A stretch of DNA of 33,392 nt, taken from positions 1 to 33,392 of the forward strand of contig LWCA01000304.1 in NCBI GenBank assembly GCA_001642005.1, given 5' to 3'. This document shows positions 20,574 to 33,097 of the stretch, in pieces. Every line of letters begins with the position of its first letter. Position 1 is the first letter of the stretch. The notes below the pieces were generated by a model. That model had not been told where the DNA came from, did no database searches, and saw nothing but the letters and a program-made list of their open reading frames with translations. The position numbers and the translations under genes were made by a program. This DNA is from Intoshia linei (lineage: Eukaryota > Animalia > Orthonectida).

Positions 20574-23500
20574 TTAGCCATCCACCACAATTTCATCCAT
20601 GTCCTCAATATGATTCTGAGACTCATCATTTTTGTGATACATTTCATTATTGACATTGATATCAGCATTACGAAAGTGTTTCGTAACGACGTGATTCTCA
20701 TGTATAAAATTATATAATTCATTGTCTTTTATTTCAAATATATCAGTATTTTCAGTAAAATCCAATATTTTTGCATTGATTTCACTCATATCATCAATAT
20801 TAGAAATATTTTCACTATTAATACTGCTATAATCAACTTTTTCACAGTTTTCAATAAATATTTTCCAATTTGGGTGACCAAACTTTGGAATATTAATTAA
20901 ATCTCCACCTATATCCAATTGTTGAAATTTCATTGATCGTATCATTTGTAATAATAGTTTGTACTTTGATTTTGAATTGTTATTTGAATTTTTTTCTTTT
21001 AACAATTTTAATACACTTTCAGAACTATAATATATGATACATTAATAAATTCATTGTAATAATAATTATAATCTATTACAGGCTGACCCAAGTAAATTGC
21101 TGATGAGGGTCAGAAAATTTAAATTATAAATTTCAAATATACCAAAAGCAGACGAAATAGCGGTTTAGCTTAACTTGGCATCTATTTAATATTATATTTT
21201 TAAACATTCTCTAAATATATTATTTTTTATTATTAATTATTTATATTCATATATTTATTTTTATTATTAAATATTAATGTATTTGGTGGACCACACTTTG
21301 GAACAGCCTCATGCTTTATAATAAAAAAATTAATATTACTTAATTGGAAATTGTTGAACTAAATTTGGGTATTGTACTTTTATTGAGTTGTTGATCATTA
21401 TCAGCAGCTAAAAAATTAAGTATGAACATGAACAATGGTAAACATTAGTAAACACCCTCAATAATTCAATTTAAATACGTGCAACCAAATTTGAAAGCAT
21501 TTACTCTAGTGGTTATAGAGGTTTGATATTATCAAATGCGTTTAACATAGTGGTTCCCGATTAGACTTCAATGGAGTATAAAACTATATTCATGGATAGT
21601 ATCGGATCTAGGTGGGGTGCAGGGGCGACCGCGCCACTGGCGTGACAAATGTCCCATAAAATTGCGTTTATTGAATTATGCTTGTTATCATTGTTTACGT
21701 TTTATGCATATTAATTTTTTATCGAAGTTTAACAGCACTTTAAGTTAAATTATCGGATTTAACGTTGTTGATCATCGAAAGAGAACTTGCCGAAAATGTC
21801 GATTTTGATGCAGTTGTTGAAAAATTTAGTAGAATGAAAACTAGAAAAAAATATATACATTATTATATATAATGAAATACATTAATGAACATAATATAAA
21901 AATTCAAATTTAAATACGTTATATGAGTTTAGCCCCTAATAAACATTTCGTCCTTAAGCTGAAAATCTTATTTCCGCCACATCATAAGGTATAGTCCGTG
22001 AAATTTAAATAAAATATAAAAAATTTGTCAACTTTTTTTTATTTTTATAGATGAATTTTTAATATTTATTACAGATTTGCTAGATGTTGGGAATTTATCT
22101 TTAAAGCCTAGACGACCGCTAAATTATTATTTCAAAAATACCCTTTTTATCCCATCATTAATAAAAAATATTATTTTAAGTTATCAGGGGAAAATCGACT
22201 TTTACCGATATTTTTTTGAAAAATCCGATTTTACTAAATATTTTGAGAAACAACTTCCCCACCCAATTATACCAACCCTTTATGGAAAAATACCCTTTTC
22301 AGAAATATTTCTTTAAAAAATCCGATTTTACTAAATATTTTGAGAAATAACTTCCCCACCCAATTATACCTTTTATGAAAAATACCCTTTTCAGAAATAT
22401 TTCTTTAAAAAATCCGATTTTACTAAATATTTTAAGAAACAACCTTTCAATCCAATTTTACCAAATCTTATGATAAAAAACCTTCAGTTTTTTCATAAAT
22501 CTTTTATATTGTATGTTTCTTTTGCAGTTCAAAAAAAAAATAAATATTTTAAAATGGGGGTCCGTACACTATTTGAATCGGGAACCACTGGCTTAACAGT
22601 ACATATACATTATTGTATATTGAAATACTAGTTGAAATCTTTCAAAAATTTCAGAAACAATAGATAATGAATGTATCCATGATACCGTTAATCCAAAATG
22701 GACTCAATATTTGCATAACATGGAGAAAAAGTCTTTAATTTTAATTATGAAATTTACGTTTTTACCTGTAGATTTGAAGAGACGAAATTAATACTCCCAT
22801 AACCGTGAAAAATACATTGCAAAAGCCTACACCATTCTAAATATGTCAGACATTAATATGTAATTTGTTTAGTGCCAAAGTTATTCACCATGTAATATTT
22901 TATTTTTGTGTGATCGTATATATTATGACGGTCATATTGGGAGAAAATGGTAAGTCACCATTGGTGACCATGTTTATAAATAAAATATATTAATGTGTTT
23001 TACAAATACATGTATGAACATGTTAATTACGTTATAAAATTACGTGTGTGGTATTCGATACAATACTTGTCAATTTATGATAATATTTATTGGTTTCAAT
23101 TGAATTATCTTTATCTGGACCATTAATTAGGTTGATGAAATCAATAAGTATTTGTTGAATATTGACTAGTACATATTTATTTGAAAATTTCAAGTAATTT
23201 ATAAACTAAATAAATTCTTATAATTTGATGGATGAATAATAAAAGATGTATGAAAGTAACCGTTTTTAGAGTATTTGTGTCACTTTTATATTTATCAACA
23301 ATTTTAATATGTTGTACATATTTTCGCTTTAATTCATCAATTTCATTGTGAAACTTTTCTTTACAAAATCTAAATATTCATTTACCTGTTATTAACAAAT
23401 ATGTTGTAATAATGATTATTTTTAAATTTTAGAATCTAAAATGTTAGTGTTTAGAATTTTTATACAACTCAAAATTTTATTAATGAAAATGAAATCTATG

Positions 23501-26500
23501 AGCAATTCCATGTGAAAACGACAAATTTTTATAAAATTAATAACCTGATCCTTTTTGATTTTGACGATTTATACATTAAAAAATCGAGAAAATTGAATAG
23601 TTAAAGAATCACCCTAACAAACCTTAAACTTTGATGGTTTTGAAATTATGACGACCATATTTATATATTGTATGAAAAAATGTATTTATTTATTACGTCG
23701 ATATACAAAATTAAAATATTAATGAATTTATAGTTAAATATACATTGGTGCAGTCAAAATATAGTAATTTTTATTTATTTCATTAATTAATGGCATAAAA
23801 ACATTAATTCCAAATATGGATTTCAGAATAGATTCAAAATTTATGAGAACGTTGGTTATAACTAGAGTAGACTAAAAAAAGCACTTTTGTAAAGATCAAA
23901 CGAGTAGAAAAATAATAAAATGTATCATGCTGATTTTAATAATAAAATATATAGCTGAGTGCATTAACTTTATGACATAATCGTGCCAAAAACGTGATTA
24001 TATTCTATTTATATATTCAATACATCCAAATTATACTTTTGGTAGGGTTCGCATGATACATATATTACAAATTGGGTTCTATAATGACAAAACTACGGTT
24101 ATACTTGAATTAAAAATAAATTAATTGTAAATAAATTAAAGTTATATGAAATGTATACTGATTCTTTTTATAATCGTTATTATCATAATCATTGATGGTC
24201 TGTTTAAGTTGAATTTTTTCGTCATTTAACAATTGTATCGTACATTTATACTGATTTATCGCGCATTCATGAGAATTTTTTAAATCATTAATTTCTTCCT
24301 TGAATTCTCTTCTAATATAAAATATGTAGATAAAAATACGATTAGAGCAAGATGGGAACTTTTCTAATATCAAATTATGAAATTTGGAAATCATGACATA
24401 ATAATATAAATATATGCCCTAAAATGCAATTTAAATATATTCACAATGTCAATGATCACACTATTACCGATTCCAAAGGTTAAGTCGTTATTTATTTAAT
24501 TTTATTAATTATAATATAAAACCGTGGTTGCGAAGGCGTAGAGTCGATATATTTTTAGCAAATTTGATTTTTGTCAATTTTAGAAAATTAAATCATGAAA
24601 AACTCTGATAAATTTAAATTGTCATGTTCACCATGCTACTTTATCAAGTGAATATTAAATTTAAGGTATCAATAACATTAAGAAATTAATATGTACCTTT
24701 CATTTTCACTTTTGAGATGAGTATCATGTTTAGCATTTTCAAATTTTAGCATTTTTAAACAATTTATTTTAAATAACTTTGCTTCATTTATGGTTTCACA
24801 GTTATTTTTTTTTGTCAATGAATACATTTTACTTTTCATATTTTTTATAACTAATTTCAATTTGTGTTTTTCAGCATCAAACTGAATCGCATTAGTTTTT
24901 AAATCATTTTCCAAATTGTATACTAATTTAGTATATTTCATTTTTTGTTTTTTCATTTTTAATTTTACTTTCATTTCTTTTTCTGAAATCTAAATTCATC
25001 GATAAAGAATAGTTGTTAAAAAATATAATATATTCCAAACTAAAATTTTTTAATTAACATGTAAATTTAAACACTTTACAATTAATTTGTTCAATTGTAC
25101 TTGACATTCTATAACTAACTCAGTGCTTTCCAACCCATTTTGGTTGGCGACACACATTTCAATCTGGAAACTTTTTGCGACACACCAATCTAAAAATATA
25201 CTATTGATTCGTTGAAAAGAAATTTTTTCTAATAATAATCTCAAAATAAATATAAAATTACTGCTTCACTATAGATTAAAAATAATTATATATGTAATGT
25301 TATTAAACAAAATTACATTTGCATAGACGAGATTTAAATTATTTTTTGATTATTTCAAAAATGTGCGTGAACGATATGAAAAGGTGTATTTTATGACTAA
25401 TTTAATGTATCTGTTTAGTGTAATTAATCTAATGTTTTATTTATTGATTTTGACTGTAAAATAATAATTTTAATGATGAATTTAATCAAATTTAGTAAAA
25501 AATAACGCTATTTTAGTTATGTAAAAATTTTATTTTCATTTGAAAATCTTATTTATGCTATTAAGAACCAAAAATTTTATTTGGTTACACAAATTTTAAA
25601 TAATAAATTAAATAAATTTTAAAAAGTTTGGCGACACATCTAGAGATAATTGGCGACACACCGGTTGGAAAGCACTGAACTACCTTATAAAACGACATAT
25701 TTTTTATATTTTAATACTACTTTGTACTTTGATATGTTATTGCATTGCCGTGTACTTAATTTAGTGACAGGCAACAGTGTCCACGAGAAAATTTATTGAT
25801 GATTATAATGATTAATAATTATATAATTTTTTTTTAATTTTTGAACTGTTAATTATTTCATATTTTTTGTTAATAAATTGTCATTCATAAAATATTTCAG
25901 AAAAAAAATATATGAATACTAAAATGCTTTTTTGACCGTGAAAATGTCACTTATTCAGATTGAAATTTTTTGTGTGTGTTAACAGGATACAAATGTATCA
26001 CCAGTAAATTTGTTTAAATTTTAGGGCTGTTTTCATTAAAAACAAAAGGGTAATTTGGGGTTTTGGCCCTGAAGATATAATTTTTTGAATTTAAATTTAT
26101 GATAATATTTATGATTTTAAAATCCGTATCAAAGTATATATTTTTTTAGATTCTCAAACTCGTTTAATTTTCAAAAAAAAGGACAATTGGGCTTTTGAAC
26201 CCGTAAAATGTGAGTTTTGGAGGTTAAAATTTATTTTTCTAACACCACCGACAAAGACTGTAATTGAAATGTGGACTTTATAAAATAATAAGACTGGTAT
26301 TTATTGAAAAAAACGGTGACACACAGACACAAGCAAATATTGCATAGCATATTATATAAATAAGGATTAATATGTATAATAAATAAATCGTAATGCCATG
26401 TAATGTAATAGGCAACACTGTAAGACCACTGTCTTAAAATTATCAAAAATTTTAATTACATGGGTCAATTTTTCTTGCATTTTTTTAATACAAATGTCCT

Positions 26501-29371
26501 GTTCATACAATTTGCACAATTCTTTATTCTATAGGAGAGATACATAAATAAATGCTAAAATCATAAACTACCATAATACCATACAATAATTATAATTATG
26601 GTATGATAGTATGTATTTATATCGGGGTTCCCAATTTTTTCCCACCCGTCTATTAAAATTAAAAGTTAGCTTTCTTCAAATTATATAATGTATACTGTAC
26701 ACTAGATTTTTTCACGGTAACCTTCCCAGTTAATTATAATTTTAAGAGACATTTTCAATTATGATTTATTAAACTATGAAAAATTTTCAAGTTATACCGA
26801 CATCTATTTTCTAGAGCTGGGGTCCCTAAACTTTTGAGTAGCAAATCCTTTTTACCAAAATCTTTAAAAATTTACATTCTCTTGGAAGCAACTTTTTTTG
26901 ACATCATATATCAAAAAATGCTTCAGCTGCTATATAAAGAAGGTAAAACGAATTATAATTAATAGAAAACATATCCGAGGTCCCCAACCTTTTGAGTACC
27001 ATGTGCACCATTTACCAAAATTACTATTAATTTTTAAAACTAGTATAACAATCATTAATATTGCTGTCAATTTGTGTTAAATGTTACTATCCATATTTAT
27101 TTTCGTAGCGATACATCTTAGATTAGTGGTTCCAAATTAAAATAGTATACGAACCCCATTTCAAAATGTTTATTTACTTGGACTCCAAAGGAAACATTAA
27201 ATATAAAAAATTTATAAAATCTTGTTTTTTAATAAAATATTGGAAAAAGAGATTTTTTATTTTGGTGTTTTAATTAGCAAGTTGTTGCTAATAAGATTTG
27301 AGATAAGATATTTTATTTGAATCTCACGGGTCCCCAGGTATATAATGTAGAACATACCAATGGTCCAGGAACCCAATCATAAACCACTGTCGTAAAGCCA
27401 CAATTTTACTAATTTATCCATATTATTGATTTTTTCGCCAAGTTTTTGTAGGCTTCTTTAGAAAAAATTTTAAGATCCCTTAAAAACTCCACCAAATTTT
27501 GTTACCAAATTTAACTAAAATATCTTTAAAATTCGGGTGAAAAATAACTTCCGTTAAAAACCCTACAATCTTTATGTCAATGACCAAAATTATCTTAAAA
27601 TCTTTTAAAAATAGATAAAAAAATTTTCTTTAAGAAACCCACAAAAATTTGATCATAAAATTAAAACTATGATCAATTAGTAAAATCTATGATTATGTCT
27701 ATATAGGACAGTGGTTTCCAAAGTGGTCTATAAAAAATTCTAGGTGGTTATTCTTTTAAAATTTACCTTTTTTTAAAAAAAAAATTATGATTTTCGATTA
27801 AATTATAATTATCGATTATTTATTATTATTAGTGAATGCAAACATAATTTTATCAAAATTAATTCAAGTTTTATTGAATAAAGTGAATAAATTTTACGTG
27901 CGTTAAATTTAATCTATGTAACGATTTAACTTAGTTCTATAGCTATAGATACCTCTAATAATATAGTAGTTCCCAGAGACAAACCTAATAGGCTCGTGGT
28001 CACCCTAAAATCAAAAATTTGGCCCTTAAAAAAATTTTCATACGCGTTGTAGTGTAATAAGCATAATTCAAAAAGTATAATCGATTAAATCTCTCTAAGA
28101 CTCTTGAGTTGACATTTTAAATTTAACATAAAAATAAGTTATGATATTCAAGAATTTTTTAAATGACTAAATGATACAAATGACTAAAAATGATAAATTT
28201 AGTAAATTAATGCCAAATTTAAAAAAAAATTTCGTGGAGATCAAATATTTAAATATTCAAATATTCAAATATTCAAAATTTCAAATGCCCACCGGTGAGC
28301 GACAACCTTAATGACATTATAATTATATTTGTACATTCTCGTTATTTTCATTGATAACTTTCTTGTCTCTTATGATTAGCAACAAATTTTCATTTTTTTC
28401 GTTTGATTTGGTTAATTTTTTGTTCAAATTATAATTGTCCTTTTCTTTTCTTTCAAATAAAGCCGTCAATTCATTAAAATTATTTATTTGAAATTTTTTC
28501 AATATTCCATTTATTAGTGTTTTGTAGTTGTTTATCTATTGAAATTTAAAAATATAAGAGTCAACACATTCGTAACTTAAATGTATAATTATATAACATC
28601 CCACTGGTCGTCCCATATAAAATTAATTGAATATTAATTAACGAAAATTATAAGGATATTAACCATCCTATGCCAATCGGCATTGTTTATACCAGAGATG
28701 GAGAACGTGCTGCCTTCTGAACAATTTGAAAATTATTTTTGATATTTATTTTTTTGTTAATTTTTAAAATATAAATTTTTTTGGGCATCGGTCTCTATAT
28801 GATTATTTCTCATTATCATGTCTGAAATTATTAAAAAATATACTTGATTATCATATTGTTTGATATCAAAAGATTTATTTTGTTCCTTTTCAATTTTTAT
28901 TGCATCGACTTGAGTTTCCAGTCTAATCATATTGGAAGTTTTTATACTTTTTCCATTTCTTTCAATAGCGTAATTTTTAATGAATTTATTAAACTAAAAT
29001 ATTAATATTGATATGTATAAAAATTCATTTCAAAACCTCGTTAGTTACATTCCATAGTAAATGTTTTGTTTCAGTCACTTTTTTCCTTTCAAGTAAAATG
29101 GAATTGTAACAATTCTCTATTAACTCATTTTTGACATTTATTTCCATTAAATATTCTGTTTGTATTCTAATCATTAAAAAATAATTAACATAACACAAAT
29201 AAAAAGATTAATTGGTCTAATTTACATTGGTAGATTATGATGTTATTTTAAAAAGATGAATTATTATTAAAAATACTTTTTAATGTATTCTTTGATTTCT
29301 TGATTAATCTTTATTGTTTCAAATACAGGTAAAACTTGATGTAACAAATTATTTTGCCCTTTATGTGCCAT
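20574..29371 (-). CDS. Long coiled-coil protein (~619 aa), function unknown. Exons 29277-29371, 29037-29166, 28844-28993, 28335-28535, 24697-24989, 24159-24311, 23261-23369, 23067-23205, 22766-22836, 21340-21407, 20574-21024
   Basis: A GT-AG, phase-consistent chain (1860 nt) runs from the ATG at 29371 to the stop at 20574. It joins ORF-track pieces 24678-24974, 24110-24394 and 20574-21005, and is K/E/N-rich and heptad-like. It could be two genes, and the small 3' exons are less certain. Confidence 0.65.
21079..21310. mobile_element. Degenerate hAT MITE
   Basis: Imperfect TIRs CAGGCTGACCCAAG ... CTTTGGAACAGCCT around an AT-rich interior. Confidence 0.5.
21597..21981 (+). mobile_element. Nested hAT (Tip100/ZMYM1-like) deletion derivative carrying the transposase C-terminus
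   Basis: Ends TAGTATCGGATCTAG ... CTTATTTCCGCCAC. About 21750-21850 translates to LSDLTLLIIERELAENVDFDAVVEKFSRMKTRK, the hATC-terminal RL..L.LLSIE......DF..V...F...K.RK motif. Confidence 0.7.
22219..22465. repeat. Tandem repeat, about 2.5 copies of a 92-96 bp unit
   Basis: AAAAATCCGATTTTACTAAATATTTT recurs at about 22220, 22316 and 22408, with a shared CTTCCCCACCCAATTATACC and AATACCCTTTTCAGAAATATTTC. Confidence 0.9.
25121..25677. mobile_element. hAT MITE, 557 bp
   Basis: Perfect 15-bp TIRs CAGTGCTTTCCAACC / GGTTGGAAAGCACTG. TSD AACTAACT / AACTACCT. Four subterminal (G)GCGACACA motifs. Confidence 0.92.
25760..26366 (-). mobile_element. Second copy of the Helitron-like family (left boundary approximate)
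   Basis: Shares AAAAAATATATGAATACTAAAATGCTTTTTTGACCGTGAA, TATGATTTTAAAATCCGTATCA and the terminal CATATTATATAAATAAGGA|T with 18603-20441. Confidence 0.8.
27124..27389. mobile_element. Short hAT MITE of the same family as 21548-22590, in inverted orientation
   Basis: TAGTGGTTCC ... AAACCACTG ends. 27140-27215 resembles the reverse complement of 22495-22575. Confidence 0.65.
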
Positions 29372-29472
29372 TAGAATTATCTATATATCTATTATTTATA
29401 CTTATTATTTATTTATTACTTAGCATTATTTTGATCAATATAAAAATTTGAAAAAACGTTGTTAACACAAAT

Positions 29473-30229
29473 ATGACAAATTCAAATTTAATGGAAAATG
29501 AAGCTACCGTAATTAATGATCCTGAATTACATCATATTTGTCAAGAACAAAAGGATTCAGTGGCGTATATTAAAATGCATAGATTGGATGAACTTATGAA
29601 TAGTATGATGTCTGCTTTAATCTTTGCTAGGCCTGGTAATTTTAATCATTAGTTTTCCGTTTTGAGTGTTTGGATCTTCACAGCCGACATTTTTCTTTTG
29701 TTAAGTTAAAAAAATCTTTAGATAAGATTCATTAGTCATAATTACGATAACTATTTAGGAAAATCATAATTCAGTAAAAACGGGCGTTTTCTAAAATTTT
29801 CATTTCTAGCGTTTTCAATTTACATTAAAAGATAGTATAAAATAAAATATCTTTCTTTTGATAGATACCCAGAATGTTTGAGCTAGTAGTATTATTTAAA
29901 ATTAGATACTGTTTAGAACAACCTAAAAAATATATTACAACTTATATTCAAAACTTAATTGAAAACAGAAAAAATGGAAGTGAAGTTAAAGGCTTTTACA
30001 ACGAAGAAAATATTAAATATTTATTTAAAATGATGGATCCGGTTTCGACAGGATTTATAACCAAAGAACAATGCGAATCAGGTAATACAGTTAATAAAAA
30101 CAATAAAATTTTTACAATTTACATTTTATAGCGTTTGATATGATTGGACAAAAAAAGTACAGTAAAACCTATTTGAAAAATTTTTCTCACTCTCGAATAT
30201 CTCTTGAAACATTTATTAATTATGCGTAA
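29473..30229 (+). CDS. EFCAB10: EF-hand calcium-binding domain protein 10-like (RIIa-type dimerisation helix plus EF-hand). Exons 29473-29635, 29917-30081, 30132-30229; a short extra terminal exon is possible
   Basis: YIKMHRLDELMNSMMSALIFARPEQPKKYI ... FYNEENIKYLFKMMDPVSTGFITKEQCESAF ... ISLETF follows the EFCAB10 pattern YL.KH.I......L.S.L.F.RPE.P..Y / N...MF.MMD..G.G.I...Q..A. Introns are GT-AG and in phase. Confidence 0.85.
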
Positions 30230-30279
30230 TTAATTGTATAATATTCTCTATTGTTGCTAAAACTTTATTAGTTTTATCT

Positions 30280-31312
30280 CAGTGCTTCTCAAACTAATAA
30301 GCATTGTGGATCCCCAAAATTAAAACATTATTTATCTGGACCCCTAAAATTTTTTTTTTGTAAATGTTGTTTTTATGTTATATACTTTAATTTTCAAATT
30401 TAATGTAAATTTTTAATTAGTCACTATTCAAAAAAGTTTGCAAAAGTAAATTTCTCGCTTTAAGGGTCGGTAAACTAGGTTTTTTTCCTTAGATGTCGTG
30501 TACTTGGATTTTTTCAGTCAGGGTTGAATTTATCAATATTTTCGATATCCCAACTTCAACGAAATCTAGGTCATATTCTTTAGTATATAAAATATACTTA
30601 CCTTATGATATAAGTTAGAATTATTTTAGAATAGATTTATATTAACACTCCATTTCAAAATATAACCAACTTGGTTCAGTTACTTTTATAAAATTGATTA
30701 AAACCAATATTTTATGGGCAATTTTCGAAATTATCATATATTGAGATGGGCTTATCAAATGGTAGCACATTCATTTTATAATGATTTGTAAAAGTTGATA
30801 TACATAATATGTATATCAATATGTATTTATAAAAAATGATTTATCAAGAAGCGTTCCTTGAATATATTTAGAGCTAAAATTTCTAGCGATGTGGATCAAA
30901 ATTATATGAATACCAATGCATATAAAGATTAATTATTTAATACATAAACAAAAATATAAAATGGTTGAAAATAAATATTTCCACCCGTAATGTATTATAT
31001 ACATTCATTTCTTGTGTTGTAGTCTTCTAATGACACGTATGAATTTTTTTCGCTTGTCATTTCTACAAAACAAAGTTAAATGTAATGAGCAAAAGCATAA
31101 AATTATCTTCAATACAATAAAACAGGTATTCCCACATTTTTTTTTACCACGGACCAGTATTATATTATAAAATTTATCGCGGACCATTAAAAAAAAATTA
31201 CTAGGCAACATTAAATTAATTTAATAAATAATGTATTAAATTGACTTGTAATTAATAGTAAAATTTTTTTTGGACCCGGTACTGGTGCACGGTCCGACAT
31301 TTGTGAAAAATT
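30280..31312. mobile_element. Degenerate hAT non-autonomous element
   Basis: Left end CAGTGCTTCTCAAACT with GGA(T/C)CCC subterminal motifs. Decayed right end GGACCCGGTACTGGTGCACGGTCCGACATTTGTGAAAA. Confidence 0.5.
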
Positions 31313-31504
31313 AATATAAAATTACACGTGCGCTGCACAAAGAACCAACAATGGATATCTATGAAATGTTGGATCAATGTTATATGCCTCCATATAATCG
31401 TAATATGAATTCCTCCTAAAAATTACAATTAACATGTAAATCAAATTTTTGTAATTCAACGAAATTTTTACACCCGATTATTTTACGATAATATAATTAT
31501 TAAA

Positions 31505-32491
31505 TCCCAGCTTATATAAAACGCTTAGTTTGCGTTTCTGTCTGCCTGTGTGGTACCGTTTATTGCAATAACTAAGAGTCTTAAAATGTTAAAAAACACA
31601 AATCAGTTCAGTCAGTTTAAGTTAGTTTTTACCGGCAACAAAGTAAGATAAATTTGAAATTCAGAAAATTACATCTTACCGGTCAAAAACTTCAATTATC
31701 CTTTTTTTTAAATGTAACGAGTCCTAGAACTTGAAAAAATATACAATATGATACAGATTTTAAAATCATGAACATTATCTTAAATTTCAATATCAAAAAA
31801 ATATAACTTATATAATATATCATATATATAATATAATATCAAGGGCTAAAACTACAAATAACCCGTTTATTTAAAATTGAGAAAAGTCAAGACTTCATAT
31901 TTCTAATTAGTTTCTATTTAGATTTTTTTAAAACTTAAATTGTCATATTATTTAAAATTATAAGCAATATCATAAGTCGCAAAAAAATGTCATTACCTCA
32001 AAAAAGTGTATTTTCACAATAAAAACAATAGATTACCCTATTTTTAAACAAAACTTACAGCTGACACGGTTATATCCAGTAAACACACAAAAATTTTTAA
32101 TTTCACAAACTAACGTATTCACAAAAATAGAGCACTTTGGTTTTCATTGTATTAACAAAAAATTAAAAATAATCCATGGTTCTAGAATTTATAAAAAGTT
32201 GTTCTGATACAGCTTATTCCAGTTGATAAAGCTACAAAATTTAAACCCGAGAAATCAACGTATCACATCATTTTAACGAGAATTAAAAAAAATATACAGA
32301 TTTTAAAATGGCTTTCTTTTATTTAAAAGTATTATTTTTATCTATTTCTTAAGTTTTTAACTATAATTTGCTTTTTTTTAAGATTACACACTCATTTTCT
32401 ATATTAAGTTAAATAATCGGTCTTAAAATGAAAACGTCCGCCTCGGTAGAGCTATCTGCTGTTTGCACGAAGTTCATGACATTCAAGCTAC
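31505..32491 (+). mobile_element. Full-length (~987 bp) diverged copy of the non-autonomous Helitron-like family
   Basis: Starts A|TCCCAGCTTATATAAAACG..TTTCTGTCTGCCTGTGTG. Internal blocks are the reverse complement of 19270-20330. Ends GCTGTTTGCACGAAGTTCATGACATTCAAGCTAC|T, aligning with the 3' end of the 18603 copy (CCTGTTTGTACGTAGTACATAAGAGTCAACCTAG|T). Confidence 0.8.
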
Positions 32492-32985
32492 TTAATTATA
32501 TAAAAATAAATAATTAAATGTCACGTAAAGAAAAATGAATGTTAAATGACAGTTTAACTCAAAAATATTTATAATATTGAAAAAACCTTACAAATGTTTC
32601 ATAAACCCTTGAAGAATCAGTGCATTGTCATATGGGTTCTTTTTTTCGTTCTTTTTGAAGTAATTAATTAGCTTTTGAAATACCATTTTGAATTATTTAT
32701 TAAAAAGATGTTAATTTGTTAAAACGAACTATTCAGTGAATCGCATGAAAGAGTTAACAACAATCAACAATTAAGCAATTAAAATCAACAATTTAAACTT
32801 TAAATGATACATGAAGCTTGCAATTCAACATCAATCTAGTCTTGATCAATGTAGTGTATCATTTCGCGCCAAAATATGAGGATATTCTAGATTAATTTTA
32901 TATAAACAAACTATTTTATGACGAATTAGAAAAAATTATAATAAACTAACAGCGTAATTACAACTGAAATCTTTACAGTTAACGT

Positions 32986-33024
32986 CAATTAATGGCGTTT
33001 ACAATTAATGGCGTTTACAATTAA
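32986..33024. repeat. 16-bp direct tandem duplication
   Basis: CAATTAATGGCGTTTA x2 plus CAATTAA. Confidence 0.9.
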
Positions 33025-33097
33025 GAAAAAGTGTAAAATGATATAACCAACATAATGGTTAAAAATATAAACTTTCATATGAATTTTTTTAATTCTA

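Larger units (their letters stand above)
21548..22590. mobile_element. Non-autonomous hAT element with a nested insertion and an internal tandem repeat
   Basis: TIRs (T)AGTGGTTCCCGATT / AATCGGGAACCACTG. TSD GTTTAACA (21540-21547) / GCTTAACA (22591-22598). Confidence 0.85.

Noticed and set aside
22629-22800. Additional exon(s) near 22629-22732 on either strand
   Set aside because: Every frame tested hits a stop or needs an atypical acceptor; the minus-strand gene splices cleanly without them.
28700-28722. TGCTGCCTTCTGA as a snoRNA guide to 18S rRNA plus a D box
   Set aside because: Only about 10 nt match, there is no canonical C box, and it is antisense to the host intron.
19649-31211. ORF-track entries 19649-19888, 22077-22316, 25050-25244, 26231-26446, 26898-27080 and 31005-31211
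   Set aside because: They lie in Helitron, MITE or tandem-repeat sequence and show no protein-like motifs.
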